A stretch of DNA of 64,000 nt from Patescibacteria group bacterium (GCA_028718745.1 JAQULF010000002.1:11628-75627); one strand, 5' to 3'; positions 9,791-18,576 are shown, counted from the first letter of the stretch. Numbers and translations: made by a program. Notes: generated by a model from the sequence alone, not told the origin.

Positions 9791-10414
9791 TTATTTTTTA
9801 CTTCTTCTATATCTTGTTCCCACATGTTGTTCGCTCATAACAGCAATTTTATTTTCGAGTAAATAATTTGATATTTGACCGAATGTCATTTTTTCTTCCT
9901 CTCGCATCTTTATTATTATTGGATCTGTTTCTATGTGTAAACGATATTTTTCCTTTTGTTTGTTTTTGCCCTTAATTTTTTCCAACAGCTTATTATATTC
10001 CTCGCCTACACCCTCTATATCTCTTGCTTTACCGCCAAGAAAGGTGCGTATTCCATGTTCTATCTCAGCTTTTCCCTTAGAGAAATCCACATTCAAAAAA
10101 ACTTGCGCTCTGCTTGGCTTGAGATTATCAAAAATTTCCATATTACCAAAAAATAAATAATGTTCTAATAGCTCTCGAAAATTCCAAGGCAATCCACATT
10201 GCGAAACAATATCTTTTAAGTCTCTAATGTAGTTGTGATAATTTGGTCCAAGCGAGTTAATAAATTCGTTATAATTTTTGAATTCCTCGGTTTTCCATTT
10301 TATCTTGAAGTCTAAAGAAATTTTTTTGAATTTATTGCCTAAAACCAAGATCTTCATATCTTGCTCTGCCGCATTATGCTTTCTAAGTTGTTTTTTGGAA
10401 GATTTTTTTATCAT
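9791..10414 (-). CDS. Hypothetical protein with a probable C-terminal HTH
   Basis: 207 aa; MTFGQISNYL...MSEQHVGTRYRR is HTH-like. Confidence 0.55.
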   Translation of the reverse strand: MIKKSSKKQLRKHNAAEQDMKILVLGNKFKKISLDFKIKWKTEEFKNYNEFINSLGPNYHNYIRDLKDIVSQCGLPWNFRELLEHYLFFGNMEIFDNLKPSRAQVFLNVDFSKGKAEIEHGIRTFLGGKARDIEGVGEEYNKLLEKIKGKNKQKEKYRLHIETDPIIIKMREEEKMTFGQISNYLLENKIAVMSEQHVGTRYRRSKK

Positions 10415-10447
10415 ATCATAGATTATAATATGGCTCTATTATAACAC

Positions 10448-10477
10448 AGAAAAACAGGCTCGAAAGCCTGCTTTTCT
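10448..10477 (-). terminator. Terminator after tRNA-His
   Basis: CAGGCT-CGAA-AGCCTG hairpin flanked by A/T tracts. Confidence 0.7.
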
Positions 10478-10483
10478 TCTGAA

Positions 10484-10555
10484 GGTGACTAAAGGGAGTC
10501 GAACCCTTGACCTCGGCACCACAAGCCGATGTTTTACCGCTAAACTATAGTCACC
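10484..10555 (-). tRNA. tRNA-His (GTG)
   Basis: Full cloverleaf, G-1/C73, anticodon arm TCGGC-TTGTGGT-GCCGA; own promoter TTTACC-17-TATAAT at 10600-10628. Confidence 0.95.
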
Positions 10556-10645
10556 ACGCAATTTTTATTTCAAATTTTCTTATTTTATTTTATATATTCA
10601 TTATACCCAATCAATAAAATATGGTAAATGACGCGATGTTAGTAT

Positions 10646-11971
10646 TTATGCACATGGAACCGCGTAAAAATAATCAGCTTCTAATAATAAAAGGTATCTG
10701 CCCCATGGATCTTTGATGAAAAGTAGAGGATTTTTACTTACATATTCTTGCAACGTTGGCTTTGTTAGATTTTCTTCTTTACTAACCTGCTCATCAAACC
10801 ACTGATTGAAACGGTTACCATAAATATATTTGAAAATTGGATCATTTGTATTTCGGAGATCGTATATAGCAATCTGAGAACTTTTTATCTCGCCTATCTT
10901 TGCAGTTTCGCTATCTGTAATATTCGGGAGATAGGTAGTATCTCCCAACTGAATACAGCCATTATTATAAGAAGTGTAGGTATCAAATATGGGAATGCTG
11001 ATGTCAGTTTGATTCTTTGAGAATTTCAAACCAATATAATCTGCTAGCTTGGAACTTGCCGGGAACCCCAGAGAACTATTTTTAGTATTTAAAAAATAAT
11101 GATAGCCAATACCTGTAGAATCAACCACAATTACGCCATCTCTTGTAGTAAGGTATTTATCTCTGGTTTCTCTTGCTGTTGTCTGCTCTGGAGTCTCGTT
11201 TTTAGGAGTCTCTCCCGGCAGTGAATAGCTTATATAAACAGTATCATCGGCATAAAATTTTAAATTCTCATAATCGCTTTTGAGTCTGTTTTTCTCATCA
11301 AAGTTAGTTTGCAAAATAGTTGATTGAGATAGTCCACCGTTCGGGTTTCGTGTTGCAGCGGGATCGGAAGTGATAGCAATGTTACCAACAAAAAATGCCA
11401 TGTTGGTTTCTTTATCTAAAACAAACTGATCGTTGATGGGTATTTCATCTATTGCTTCCCTATCCAGAAAGTCTTTTTTTGTAACTTTGTTACTATTTAG
11501 TCTTGCAACCCGATCATCATCATTGCCCCATTTATTTTTATTCCAATCAAACACGTAGTCTTTGAAATCTTTGGTGGCAAAAACATAAGGAACGGGTGCA
11601 CTCTTATAGTCGGCATCCGGACGAACCGCAATAATTCTCGTATATCCCGCATATTTCCCGACAGTAAATTTCCCCGCCTCATAATAATTAATGGTTTCTT
11701 CGCTAACCCCCATCTGCGCATCTTCTTTGGTAAGGTTGAAAAGCCCTAGCTTCTGATCAAGTTTTTTCATTGTGCCTGTAAAAACCTGCCTAACTTCAAT
11801 CTGCGGATTGATATTCCCACCAGTTACATCTGTAATTTCAGTTTTTTGCGCAAGGTTTTTATTTGCATTCTTTGAACGAACTGTCGCAAAATAAGAACCA
11901 ACTACAAGAATGGAAACAATCAAAACTGTCCCAATAATCATAGAGATGTATTTTTTGCCTCTTGTAATCAT
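10646..11971 (-). CDS. Membrane-anchored exported hypothetical protein
   Basis: N-terminal TM helix after ATG 11971; ends PLLFIKDPWGRY...VPCA. Confidence 0.75.
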   Translation of the reverse strand: MITRGKKYISMIIGTVLIVSILVVGSYFATVRSKNANKNLAQKTEITDVTGGNINPQIEVRQVFTGTMKKLDQKLGLFNLTKEDAQMGVSEETINYYEAGKFTVGKYAGYTRIIAVRPDADYKSAPVPYVFATKDFKDYVFDWNKNKWGNDDDRVARLNSNKVTKKDFLDREAIDEIPINDQFVLDKETNMAFFVGNIAITSDPAATRNPNGGLSQSTILQTNFDEKNRLKSDYENLKFYADDTVYISYSLPGETPKNETPEQTTARETRDKYLTTRDGVIVVDSTGIGYHYFLNTKNSSLGFPASSKLADYIGLKFSKNQTDISIPIFDTYTSYNNGCIQLGDTTYLPNITDSETAKIGEIKSSQIAIYDLRNTNDPIFKYIYGNRFNQWFDEQVSKEENLTKPTLQEYVSKNPLLFIKDPWGRYLLLLEADYFYAVPCA

Positions 11972-12095
11972 CTTTTTAAATTCACTACTATAAAACCAAC
12001 ATATAACTAAACGTTTAGCAGAAAAACATCGCAGTTCGTTAGCCTGATCTCTTTCCAAACCTGTAATACCTCTGGTGGAAAGTCTTTGCTCAGGT

Positions 12096-12156
12096 GGAAT
12101 CGAACCCTCGATACCAGTACCACAAACTGGAGTTTTACCACTAAACTATGGTCACC
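12096..12156 (-). pseudogene. 3'-truncated tRNA-His (GTG)
   Basis: Intact 5' acceptor strand, D arm, anticodon arm and GGGTTCGATTCC, but the rest of the T-stem and the 3' acceptor strand are replaced. Confidence 0.8.
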
Positions 12157-12159
12157 ACG

Positions 12160-12233
12160 CGTCCTCGGCAGGAGTTGAACCCGCAACCTCTTGGTTCGAA
12201 GCCAAGTGCTCTATCCAGTTGAGCTACGAGGAC
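12160..12233 (-). tRNA. tRNA-Arg (TCG)
   Basis: Cloverleaf, CTTGG-CTTCGAA-CCAAG. Confidence 0.93.
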
Positions 12234-12237
12234 ATAA

Positions 12238-12308
12238 AGCCTCCTGTCAGAATCGAACTGACGCTTATGGTTTACGATACCACCGTTCTACCACTGAACT
12301 AAGGAGGC
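12238..12308 (-). tRNA. tRNA-Thr (CGT)
   Basis: Cloverleaf, GTGGT-ATCGTAA-ACCAT (atypical A32). Confidence 0.88.
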
Positions 12309-12381
12309 AAGCAGCAGTGGCTCACAAACTTACCATAACAATATAACACGCCTAAAAATTAAAAGACAACAAAACAACCAA

Positions 12382-12452
12382 AGCGAGTGAGGAGAATCGA
12401 ACTCCCGCCTCAACCTTGGGAAGGTCGCGTTCTGCCATTGAACTACACTCGC
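12382..12452 (-). tRNA. tRNA-Gly (CCC)
   Basis: Cloverleaf, CGACC-TTCCCAA-GGTTG. Confidence 0.93.
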
Positions 12453-12465
12453 GCAAATTGTTAAA

Positions 12466-12537
12466 AGCGGGCGAACGGAATCGAACCGTCATCCTCAGCT
12501 TGGAAGGCTAATGTACTAACCATTGTACGACGCCCGC
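12466..12537 (-). tRNA. tRNA-Gly (TCC)
   Basis: Cloverleaf, TTAGC-CTTCCAA-GCTGA. Confidence 0.93.
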
Positions 12538-12661
12538 TCGTCACAGTTCGCTTCATGCTCTCCATAAAAATTCGATTACGAATTTTTCTTCCAAGCATTC
12601 CGCAACTGCTCCTCTTACGAAAAAATCCTATTATATATTTTTGGTATAGATTTTTTCGTTT
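12538..12661 (-). repeat. Two-hairpin dispersed repeat, copy A (copy B at 63682-63801)
   Basis: First ~52 nt nearly identical to 63682-63732; the second hairpin shares junction motifs. Confidence 0.85.
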
Positions 12662-12683
12662 TTTCTTAAGTCTGACTAAACTA

Positions 12684-12831
12684 AATCGGGGGTGTGGGAT
12701 TCCTCCTCGCTCCGACTCGGAGCCGGGGCGCTACACACAGAATGCTCCTAAAGTCGCATTCTACTCGCGCCCTTCGAATCCCCATCCCATATGATCAGAA
12801 ATATGGGCTAATTATAGCCATATTTCTGATT
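12684..12831 (-). mobile_element. 148-bp structured mini-insert bounded by a duplicated tRNA-Pro 3' end
   Basis: 19-bp direct repeat AATCGGGGGTGTGGGATTC at 12684 and 12832; internal hairpins. Confidence 0.65.
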
Positions 12832-12833
12832 AA

Positions 12834-12908
12834 TCGGGGGTGTGGGATTCGAACCCACGACCTCTCGGTCCCAAACCGAGTGCGCTAGCCAGGCTACGCT
12901 AACCCCCG
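12834..12908 (-). tRNA. tRNA-Pro (TGG)
   Basis: Cloverleaf, CTCGG-TTTGGGA-CCGAG. Confidence 0.95.
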
Positions 12909-12934
12909 AAGATATTTTTATAAAAGTTCCTTCT

Positions 12935-13010
12935 AAACCCACGACCTCCCCGTACGGGGTGCGCTATAGCCAGCGGAGTCTACCCCGTCGGATAGCGGGA
13001 CTAACCCCCG
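12935..13010 (-). pseudogene. Degenerate copy of the 5' part of tRNA-Pro with palindromic inserts
   Basis: AACCCACGACCTC, GTGCGCTA, TAGCCAG and CTAACCCCCG are collinear with tRNA-Pro. Confidence 0.75.
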
Positions 13011-13028
13011 TGCCTATGACACAAAAAA

Positions 13029-13057
13029 ATTATAACACAAAGAGAATCTTTTTTCAA
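13029..13057 (-). promoter_or_regulatory. Promoter of the tRNA cluster
   Basis: TTGAAA-17 bp-TATAAT. Confidence 0.7.
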
Positions 13058-13068
13058 CTAAAAAAGCT

Positions 13069-14691
13069 CTATCTTTCCTCAAACTTCTTGGGTGTCACCC
13101 AAAATCCTAAACGAAATCGTCCTCCTAGGATCATCCTGGTTTGAGCATCTAGCGCTGGTATAGAACCAAAGATTATACCGGTCACAGGAGTAACTATCCA
13201 CTGAAACGCCATTTCTAAAAGTTTCCATGCAGTATATCTTTTTGGTCTTTGCGGAAGCAACATAAAACCAATGAAGGCGGAAATAAAAATACCAATCCAG
13301 GTTATAGTTAAAATATCTCGAGCCATTATGGGAAGATTATAGGCTAAAATACTCCCCCGAAAATCAGCATTCAAGAGCAGAGGCATCCATCCGCCAAAAG
13401 CTATCAAAAGAGATGCGGTTGACCACTCTATTGTTCCGAAAAATAATCTTCGAATTAAAACCAATTTTGGCCACCAAGGAATTTCTTTATGTTTTAAAGA
13501 TTCAATTACTAAATAAGGAAAATTCTCCATTCCCCATGCCCATCTCCTTTTTTGAAAATACTGAAATTTCAATGTCTCCCAAAAAGAATTTCCCGCTACC
13601 GCATCCATATATACCGGTGTGAACAAAGGAACAGCCCTATGATCGCCATGATATTTGAAAAACACGCGATAAAATTGTCGAGAGTCTTCACTAACAATAG
13701 TCGCATCTTGAAAATCTATATCTATCAAAGTTTTGAGGCTTGATGCTTGAGAAGAAAAATTTATCAGTCTATATGGCCGACAGCTCTCTATCATTTGCCA
13801 AAAAGATGAACCCAAAGCAACCGTACGAGTTACAAATGGTGTTTCCCAGATATTATTATTAAATAATGGTATGGGCTGATAAGATCGTTTTGTTCTTTTG
13901 ATGTTAATTAGATATTTATAAATTAAACACCCCACATATTCTTTGCTTACCCTAGTATCTCCATCAAATACGGACACAACCACATCATCGTATTCAATTC
14001 CCTTTTTATCTATATATTTTTTCAACTCTTTGCCTGCCCAGTGCGTAGTTGCGCTTTTACCTTTTAGTTCTCCGATAATTCCATCGGGGTGAACCGTATA
14101 AAACATATCATAAAAATCTTTTCCGAATTCTTTTTTTAATTTTTCAAATCGCTCAAATTTATCGTTTCCCGCTTCTCTTTCTTCAAGAGGAATGACAACT
14201 ATGGTTTTACCTGTTGGAAAGTTTGCGTCTATCAATGATTTTACCGAACTTCTTATAATTCTGTATTCATCTCTATAGTTAGGCAGCATTACTACATGAT
14301 AAATATCTTGCCAACTTTTTTTATAATCATCCAGCATTTCTTTTAGATCAATTAATTCCTGCAATTCCTCCCGTGTTCTTCTGCGCATAAATATATTCGT
14401 TCTTAAAAGTTCCTCTGTCTTTTCAATTATATAACTATCGAGATTGTCTAATTTCTTACATCTTTCAAACCAATTGATTCGATTATCCCTTTTCATGTGA
14501 AAATGGGATGATACCAAAAAAACTCCCATTAAAAAAGCCTTACTTAAGAAATAAACATCAAAAATAATCATAAAATAAGCTAACCAGCGGGGACCCCAAA
14601 TACTAAAAACAAATGGGGAAAGCAAAATAGCCCAAGCAGTAGCGCCGGGCAATATCTCTAAAAATCTTTTCAATCTAGCCTCTTTTATCAT
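13069..14691 (-). CDS. Membrane glycosyltransferase family 2
   Basis: LPNYRD, FDGD, SED and QKRRWAWG (D,D,D,QxxRW) motifs; TM helices. Confidence 0.88.
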   Translation of the reverse strand: MIKEARLKRFLEILPGATAWAILLSPFVFSIWGPRWLAYFMIIFDVYFLSKAFLMGVFLVSSHFHMKRDNRINWFERCKKLDNLDSYIIEKTEELLRTNIFMRRRTREELQELIDLKEMLDDYKKSWQDIYHVVMLPNYRDEYRIIRSSVKSLIDANFPTGKTIVVIPLEEREAGNDKFERFEKLKKEFGKDFYDMFYTVHPDGIIGELKGKSATTHWAGKELKKYIDKKGIEYDDVVVSVFDGDTRVSKEYVGCLIYKYLINIKRTKRSYQPIPLFNNNIWETPFVTRTVALGSSFWQMIESCRPYRLINFSSQASSLKTLIDIDFQDATIVSEDSRQFYRVFFKYHGDHRAVPLFTPVYMDAVAGNSFWETLKFQYFQKRRWAWGMENFPYLVIESLKHKEIPWWPKLVLIRRLFFGTIEWSTASLLIAFGGWMPLLLNADFRGSILAYNLPIMARDILTITWIGIFISAFIGFMLLPQRPKRYTAWKLLEMAFQWIVTPVTGIIFGSIPALDAQTRMILGGRFRLGFWVTPKKFEER

Positions 14692-15104
14692 AAATTAAAA
14701 CTAAAAATATAGAAGGCAGTAATAGCTAAAATTAAGAAATTCAAAAATATGGTTCCGCCAATAAGTAGAAAAGCGGCAAAAGAGTTCTTTCTATAAACCA
14801 AGAAAGCTAGAATAAGATTAATTAATGACATGAAGGAATCCAGGAAAAGAAATGAATAAAACCTGGGAATATAGGGAATGTTAAGAAGAAAATTCAAATA
14901 AGATTCTGTAACAAACCCGGATCCGATCAATCTGTTGAGCCATAAGAACCAAGTGGTGACATTTAATACGATTACTAAAAAAACCAAAGAGAGAACATAT
15001 CGGTTTCGCCAAAATATCTTTATTTTCAGATATTTATAAAAGGAGTTTCTGAAAAACCCCAAAGCAAAAAAATGTGAAAGTCTTTTTTTTATTTCTTCAA
15101 CCAT
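14688..15104 (-). CDS. Membrane hypothetical protein
   Basis: Three hydrophobic segments; coupled to the GT2 gene. Confidence 0.7.
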   Translation of the reverse strand: MVEEIKKRLSHFFALGFFRNSFYKYLKIKIFWRNRYVLSLVFLVIVLNVTTWFLWLNRLIGSGFVTESYLNFLLNIPYIPRFYSFLFLDSFMSLINLILAFLVYRKNSFAAFLLIGGTIFLNFLILAITAFYIFSFNL

Positions 15105-15107
15105 ATA

Positions 15108-15157
15108 AACGGACCCGGCCGGATTTTTACCCCGTCGAATGACTGGGGCGAACCGGT
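15108..15157 (-). pseudogene. Duplicated tRNA-Asp 3' end interrupted by a 23-bp hairpin insert
   Basis: AACGGACCCGGCCGGATT[TTTACCCCGTCGAATGACTGGGG]CGAACCGGT versus 15186-15212. Confidence 0.85.
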
Positions 15158-15187
15158 AACGGATTTTTAATCAAACTAAGTGTCTAA

Positions 15188-15261
15188 CGGACCCGGCCGG
15201 ATTCGAACCGGTGATCTTCTCCGTGACAGGGAGACGTGATAGGCCTCTTCACTACGGGTCC
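15188..15261 (-). tRNA. tRNA-Asp (GTC)
   Basis: Cloverleaf, TCTCC-CTGTCAC-GGAGA; promoter TTGAAA-17-TATAAT at 15284-15312. Confidence 0.95.
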
Positions 15262-15314
15262 AGAAATTCTTTTTGTAAGTTATATTATATCCTAAAAAGA
15301 GCCACTTTTCAAGC

Positions 15315-16253
15315 TTAATGCAGAAAAGATACAATTCTTATTTGTTTCCTTTGCTCTTTCATAAAGTCGTCATATGAACCCTTAAAATAACCCCTTCTTT
15401 CATAAACATTAAAGATATAATAACCATTGGCAGTTTTTATTGGTTCATTAATCTGACTCGACTGCAAATTGTAAAAAACACTCTGGATCTCGTCAGGAAG
15501 ATCTTCTTTGAAGTAAATATCTTTGCCAAAATTCTGAACAACACCGTCGTTCTTATTTCCATAAAGAGCATAATTTTGGTCAAAACTAGACTTACCATCC
15601 CGTATTTCATTATAAATATCGTTCGATCTTTGGAGCGCTTTCTCCCAATCTTCTTTTTTATTTGGATCTTCTACCGTTATTAATATCGCTTTCATTTTCA
15701 AATTATATAAAAAATTATTCTTTACTTTCTCCGTCAAAAGATTCTGATAAATTTTATCTTTTATATCGTTTGCGTCTATCCCCGCAGAATATTTTAATAT
15801 ATTTACAATCTCCTTATCATTGCCGGTACTTTTTACAATATTTTCATACTCTTTCTTTACATCTGCATCGGTTATCTCTTCTTTCTCGCTCTTCAATAAG
15901 TTCTCCATGATGATCTCATTTATCGACTCATTTTTGGTTTTATCCTTCAAAACATCATAGTTTTTTTTACCTTCGGATCCGGAAGCAAAATTAACTTTAT
16001 AAGCAATTTCATAAATTTTTTTATTCTCCGCTATTTTATCATCGAGAGATAAAAAAGTTACAATTCTATTACCCACAATAAGAGCTGGGTAAGGAATTAT
16101 TTTCTTTGTTAGAAAAAAATAATAATTATTTGGATTAGAATAGTAAACAAAAAAACCATTTATAACGACAAAAAGAATTATCCCGAGCAAGGCCCAAAGG
16201 AGTTTCTTTTTGGATTTTTTTACCTTGAATATTTTTATAATCTCTTTTCTCAT
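15315..16253 (-). CDS. SurA/PrsA-like foldase (degenerate parvulin PPIase)
   Basis: TM anchor, PALIVGNRIVT, ITDADVKKEY, EPIKTANGYYIFNV. Confidence 0.75.
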   Translation of the reverse strand: MRKEIIKIFKVKKSKKKLLWALLGIILFVVINGFFVYYSNPNNYYFFLTKKIIPYPALIVGNRIVTFLSLDDKIAENKKIYEIAYKVNFASGSEGKKNYDVLKDKTKNESINEIIMENLLKSEKEEITDADVKKEYENIVKSTGNDKEIVNILKYSAGIDANDIKDKIYQNLLTEKVKNNFLYNLKMKAILITVEDPNKKEDWEKALQRSNDIYNEIRDGKSSFDQNYALYGNKNDGVVQNFGKDIYFKEDLPDEIQSVFYNLQSSQINEPIKTANGYYIFNVYERRGYFKGSYDDFMKEQRKQIRIVSFLH

Positions 16254-17038
16254 TTCAGGTCACCTTTCCAATAAGAATACAGAGTTATTAATACTAAAAT
16301 TAGAATGAAGGTTATTATATTTTTTAACAAATATTTCAGCTTTGGTTTCTCGGATAAATAAGCCTCGACTATAGCCCAATATACATAATATGTGGAAACT
16401 AAAAAAAGGCTCTTTATAAAAAATGATTTAATCGGGATAAAAAAGGAAAAAAGCGATGCTTCTGAAAATAATATCGCCGGAATTACTAGCAACAGAAAAA
16501 GGATATTTTTATTTATTTTAAAAAGCTTCAGTTTATAATAAAGCAGAATTATCAAAAATAAATTGATAAGAATGATCAACAGCCAATAAGGAAAGTATAA
16601 ACTATAGAAAAAGTTGTAAGCCGAGAAGAAGAACAAGAAAACAGTAAAAAATAAAGCTATATTCTTAAGCGGATTCGGCTTTTTGTTTTCTATTTCCAAA
16701 AATAAGGATAGATTTAAAACTATTGTTAGAAATAATGCTATTTGACTAGCTTGAAAAGAAAGAGAGAAATAGCAGAACAGTATAAAACTTAGATTTAACA
16801 AAAATGGTAATATCAGTCTAAAAATTTCTTCTTTTAACAGCGTTTTTCTAAGGAACAAATAAAAACTATAAAATAAAAAAATAAATAATTCTGCGACAAC
16901 TAGATATCCAAGATAATCTTTGCTAAAGTCAAAGGAGAATAAACTTTTTTCAAGCAGCGTGTAAATAATGCCCTCTCCTAAAACGAGGAGGAGGATTGAG
17001 AAAAAGATATTAGATCTTTTTGCGAAAAAATTACCCAT
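16250..17038 (-). CDS. Polytopic membrane protein
   Basis: Highly hydrophobic 262 aa ORF in an operon. Confidence 0.75.
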   Translation of the reverse strand: MGNFFAKRSNIFFSILLLVLGEGIIYTLLEKSLFSFDFSKDYLGYLVVAELFIFLFYSFYLFLRKTLLKEEIFRLILPFLLNLSFILFCYFSLSFQASQIALFLTIVLNLSLFLEIENKKPNPLKNIALFFTVFLFFFSAYNFFYSLYFPYWLLIILINLFLIILLYYKLKLFKINKNILFLLLVIPAILFSEASLFSFFIPIKSFFIKSLFLVSTYYVYWAIVEAYLSEKPKLKYLLKNIITFILILVLITLYSYWKGDLK

Positions 17039-17041
17039 TTT

Positions 17042-18400
17042 TTAATTTTTTACTTTAAAATCATTCCCCAATATTATCTCAATGTCATAACCTTTGTCTT
17101 TTTCATCCAATGTTATAACCGGTACGCTGCCAAGATGCTTTGCCAAAAAATCAATCGTATATTTATTCCTGCCATTTGAATAATCATAGATAAAGGTCTT
17201 TTCGTACGGCTTATTATCCGTGGGACTTTTAACATCGTTTTTATTAACCATAGCATCATAGCCAAATGATTTTAAATCTTCAACAGTCTGTCCGGCCCAA
17301 TACGAATTTTTTGTACTATTGGTAACTAATATCTTTGGATGTTCGGCAGCTAACAGTGGGTCTTTGAAATACTGACTGACAAAATCATGAATTTCGCCTA
17401 ATGTGCTGTCTTGGGGAACCAAGACATACATCTCGTCATATTTGTCAGCATAAAGAAATCCGTCAGCGCTATCATCCAGTACTTTGGTTTTTATTTTGTC
17501 AGGTTTTATATCTTTAGCGATAGAAAAGAGTTCCTCCATTTCTCCTACCTGCATATCCGTTCGTAAATTATCGGAAAGTATATTCATTATTTGAGCAATC
17601 TTGCTTGGATTAAAACTTTTTACCGCCTTTTCTTTGGCAGCTACAATAACTTCTTGTTGCCGGCGAGATCTATCAAAGTCGCTGGATGTTTCACGAGATC
17701 TTGCATATTTTAACGCTGTTTCCCCATCCAGATGATGCAACCCCGTCTCTATATAAAACGGATCATAACCAATGGCATATTTATCAGGAAAATAAGGATC
17801 GTAGATTTCTTTGGTAACATTTATGTCTACGCCTCCTAAAGTATCAATAATTTTTTTGAATCCATCAAAATTAATCACTGCCGCATAATGTATAGGTACT
17901 CCCAAAAAATCTCCGACTGTTTTTTTGACTAATGCCATATTGCCATCTATAGCGCTTTTTTTCTCTCCTCCCGAGGCAGAAACATCCTTGGGATCTTGCA
18001 GGCTAAAAATTGAATTAATTTTATGTGAACCATAGCCCGGTACTTTAATGTATAAATCTCTTGGAACCGAAATCATGGCCACTTCGTCATTCTTTGGATC
18101 AATACTAACCACCGATATAGTATCCGTAAGATTGCCACCGGGATAATTGTCCCCTCCTATACCCATCAGAAGTATGTTGATTCTCCTGTCTCCCTGCGAC
18201 AATTTGCTAATATCGGTATCACCTCCGGAAAGATAAGGAGAGGCGCTTTCCGAACGAGCTGTTACGATTTTTTTGGTCATAGTATAGGCTCGAGCACCAA
18301 AGAAAATAACTGTTCCAATCAGAAAAATAACCAGAATGGTAAAAATGGCCCGACTATAATCTATTTTTTTAATTTTTATAATTTCCACTTCTTCTTGCAT
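17042..18400 (-). CDS. LytR-CpsA-Psr (LCP) family protein with LytR C-terminal domain
   Basis: INILLMG, TDTI, ISVPRDLY, KINS, ALKYARSR, SDFDRSRRQQ, IILGND. Confidence 0.95.
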   Translation of the reverse strand: MQEEVEIIKIKKIDYSRAIFTILVIFLIGTVIFFGARAYTMTKKIVTARSESASPYLSGGDTDISKLSQGDRRINILLMGIGGDNYPGGNLTDTISVVSIDPKNDEVAMISVPRDLYIKVPGYGSHKINSIFSLQDPKDVSASGGEKKSAIDGNMALVKKTVGDFLGVPIHYAAVINFDGFKKIIDTLGGVDINVTKEIYDPYFPDKYAIGYDPFYIETGLHHLDGETALKYARSRETSSDFDRSRRQQEVIVAAKEKAVKSFNPSKIAQIMNILSDNLRTDMQVGEMEELFSIAKDIKPDKIKTKVLDDSADGFLYADKYDEMYVLVPQDSTLGEIHDFVSQYFKDPLLAAEHPKILVTNSTKNSYWAGQTVEDLKSFGYDAMVNKNDVKSPTDNKPYEKTFIYDYSNGRNKYTIDFLAKHLGSVPVITLDEKDKGYDIEIILGNDFKVKN

Positions 18401-18576
18401 TTTATTTAAATTTATTTTTAGTTAAAATGAAGAAACATCACAGAATATGATGTTTTTCATAAACGATACAACGCCTTAATATTATATCATAGAAAATCAA
18501 TTTCCACAAAGTGCTTTTATAATGGAAGCCTTTCTGGTAATATTATATTTGGTTATTAAATATCACAAAAGACCTC

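Larger units (their letters stand above)
1..10483. mobile_element. tRNA-His-adjacent accessory island (satellite/integrative-element-like); other end outside the window
   Basis: Rep/DUF5659/TerS-like module plus defence cargo abutting the tRNA 3' end; no integrase seen in the window. Confidence 0.6.

Noticed and set aside
12160-12233. tRNA-Arg(UCG) as a novelty
   Set aside because: Already known in reduced genomes lacking inosine-34 decoding.
12075-13144. Plus-strand ORFs over the tRNA cluster
   Set aside because: They are antisense translations of tRNAs and hairpins (GIEP/GFEP patterns).
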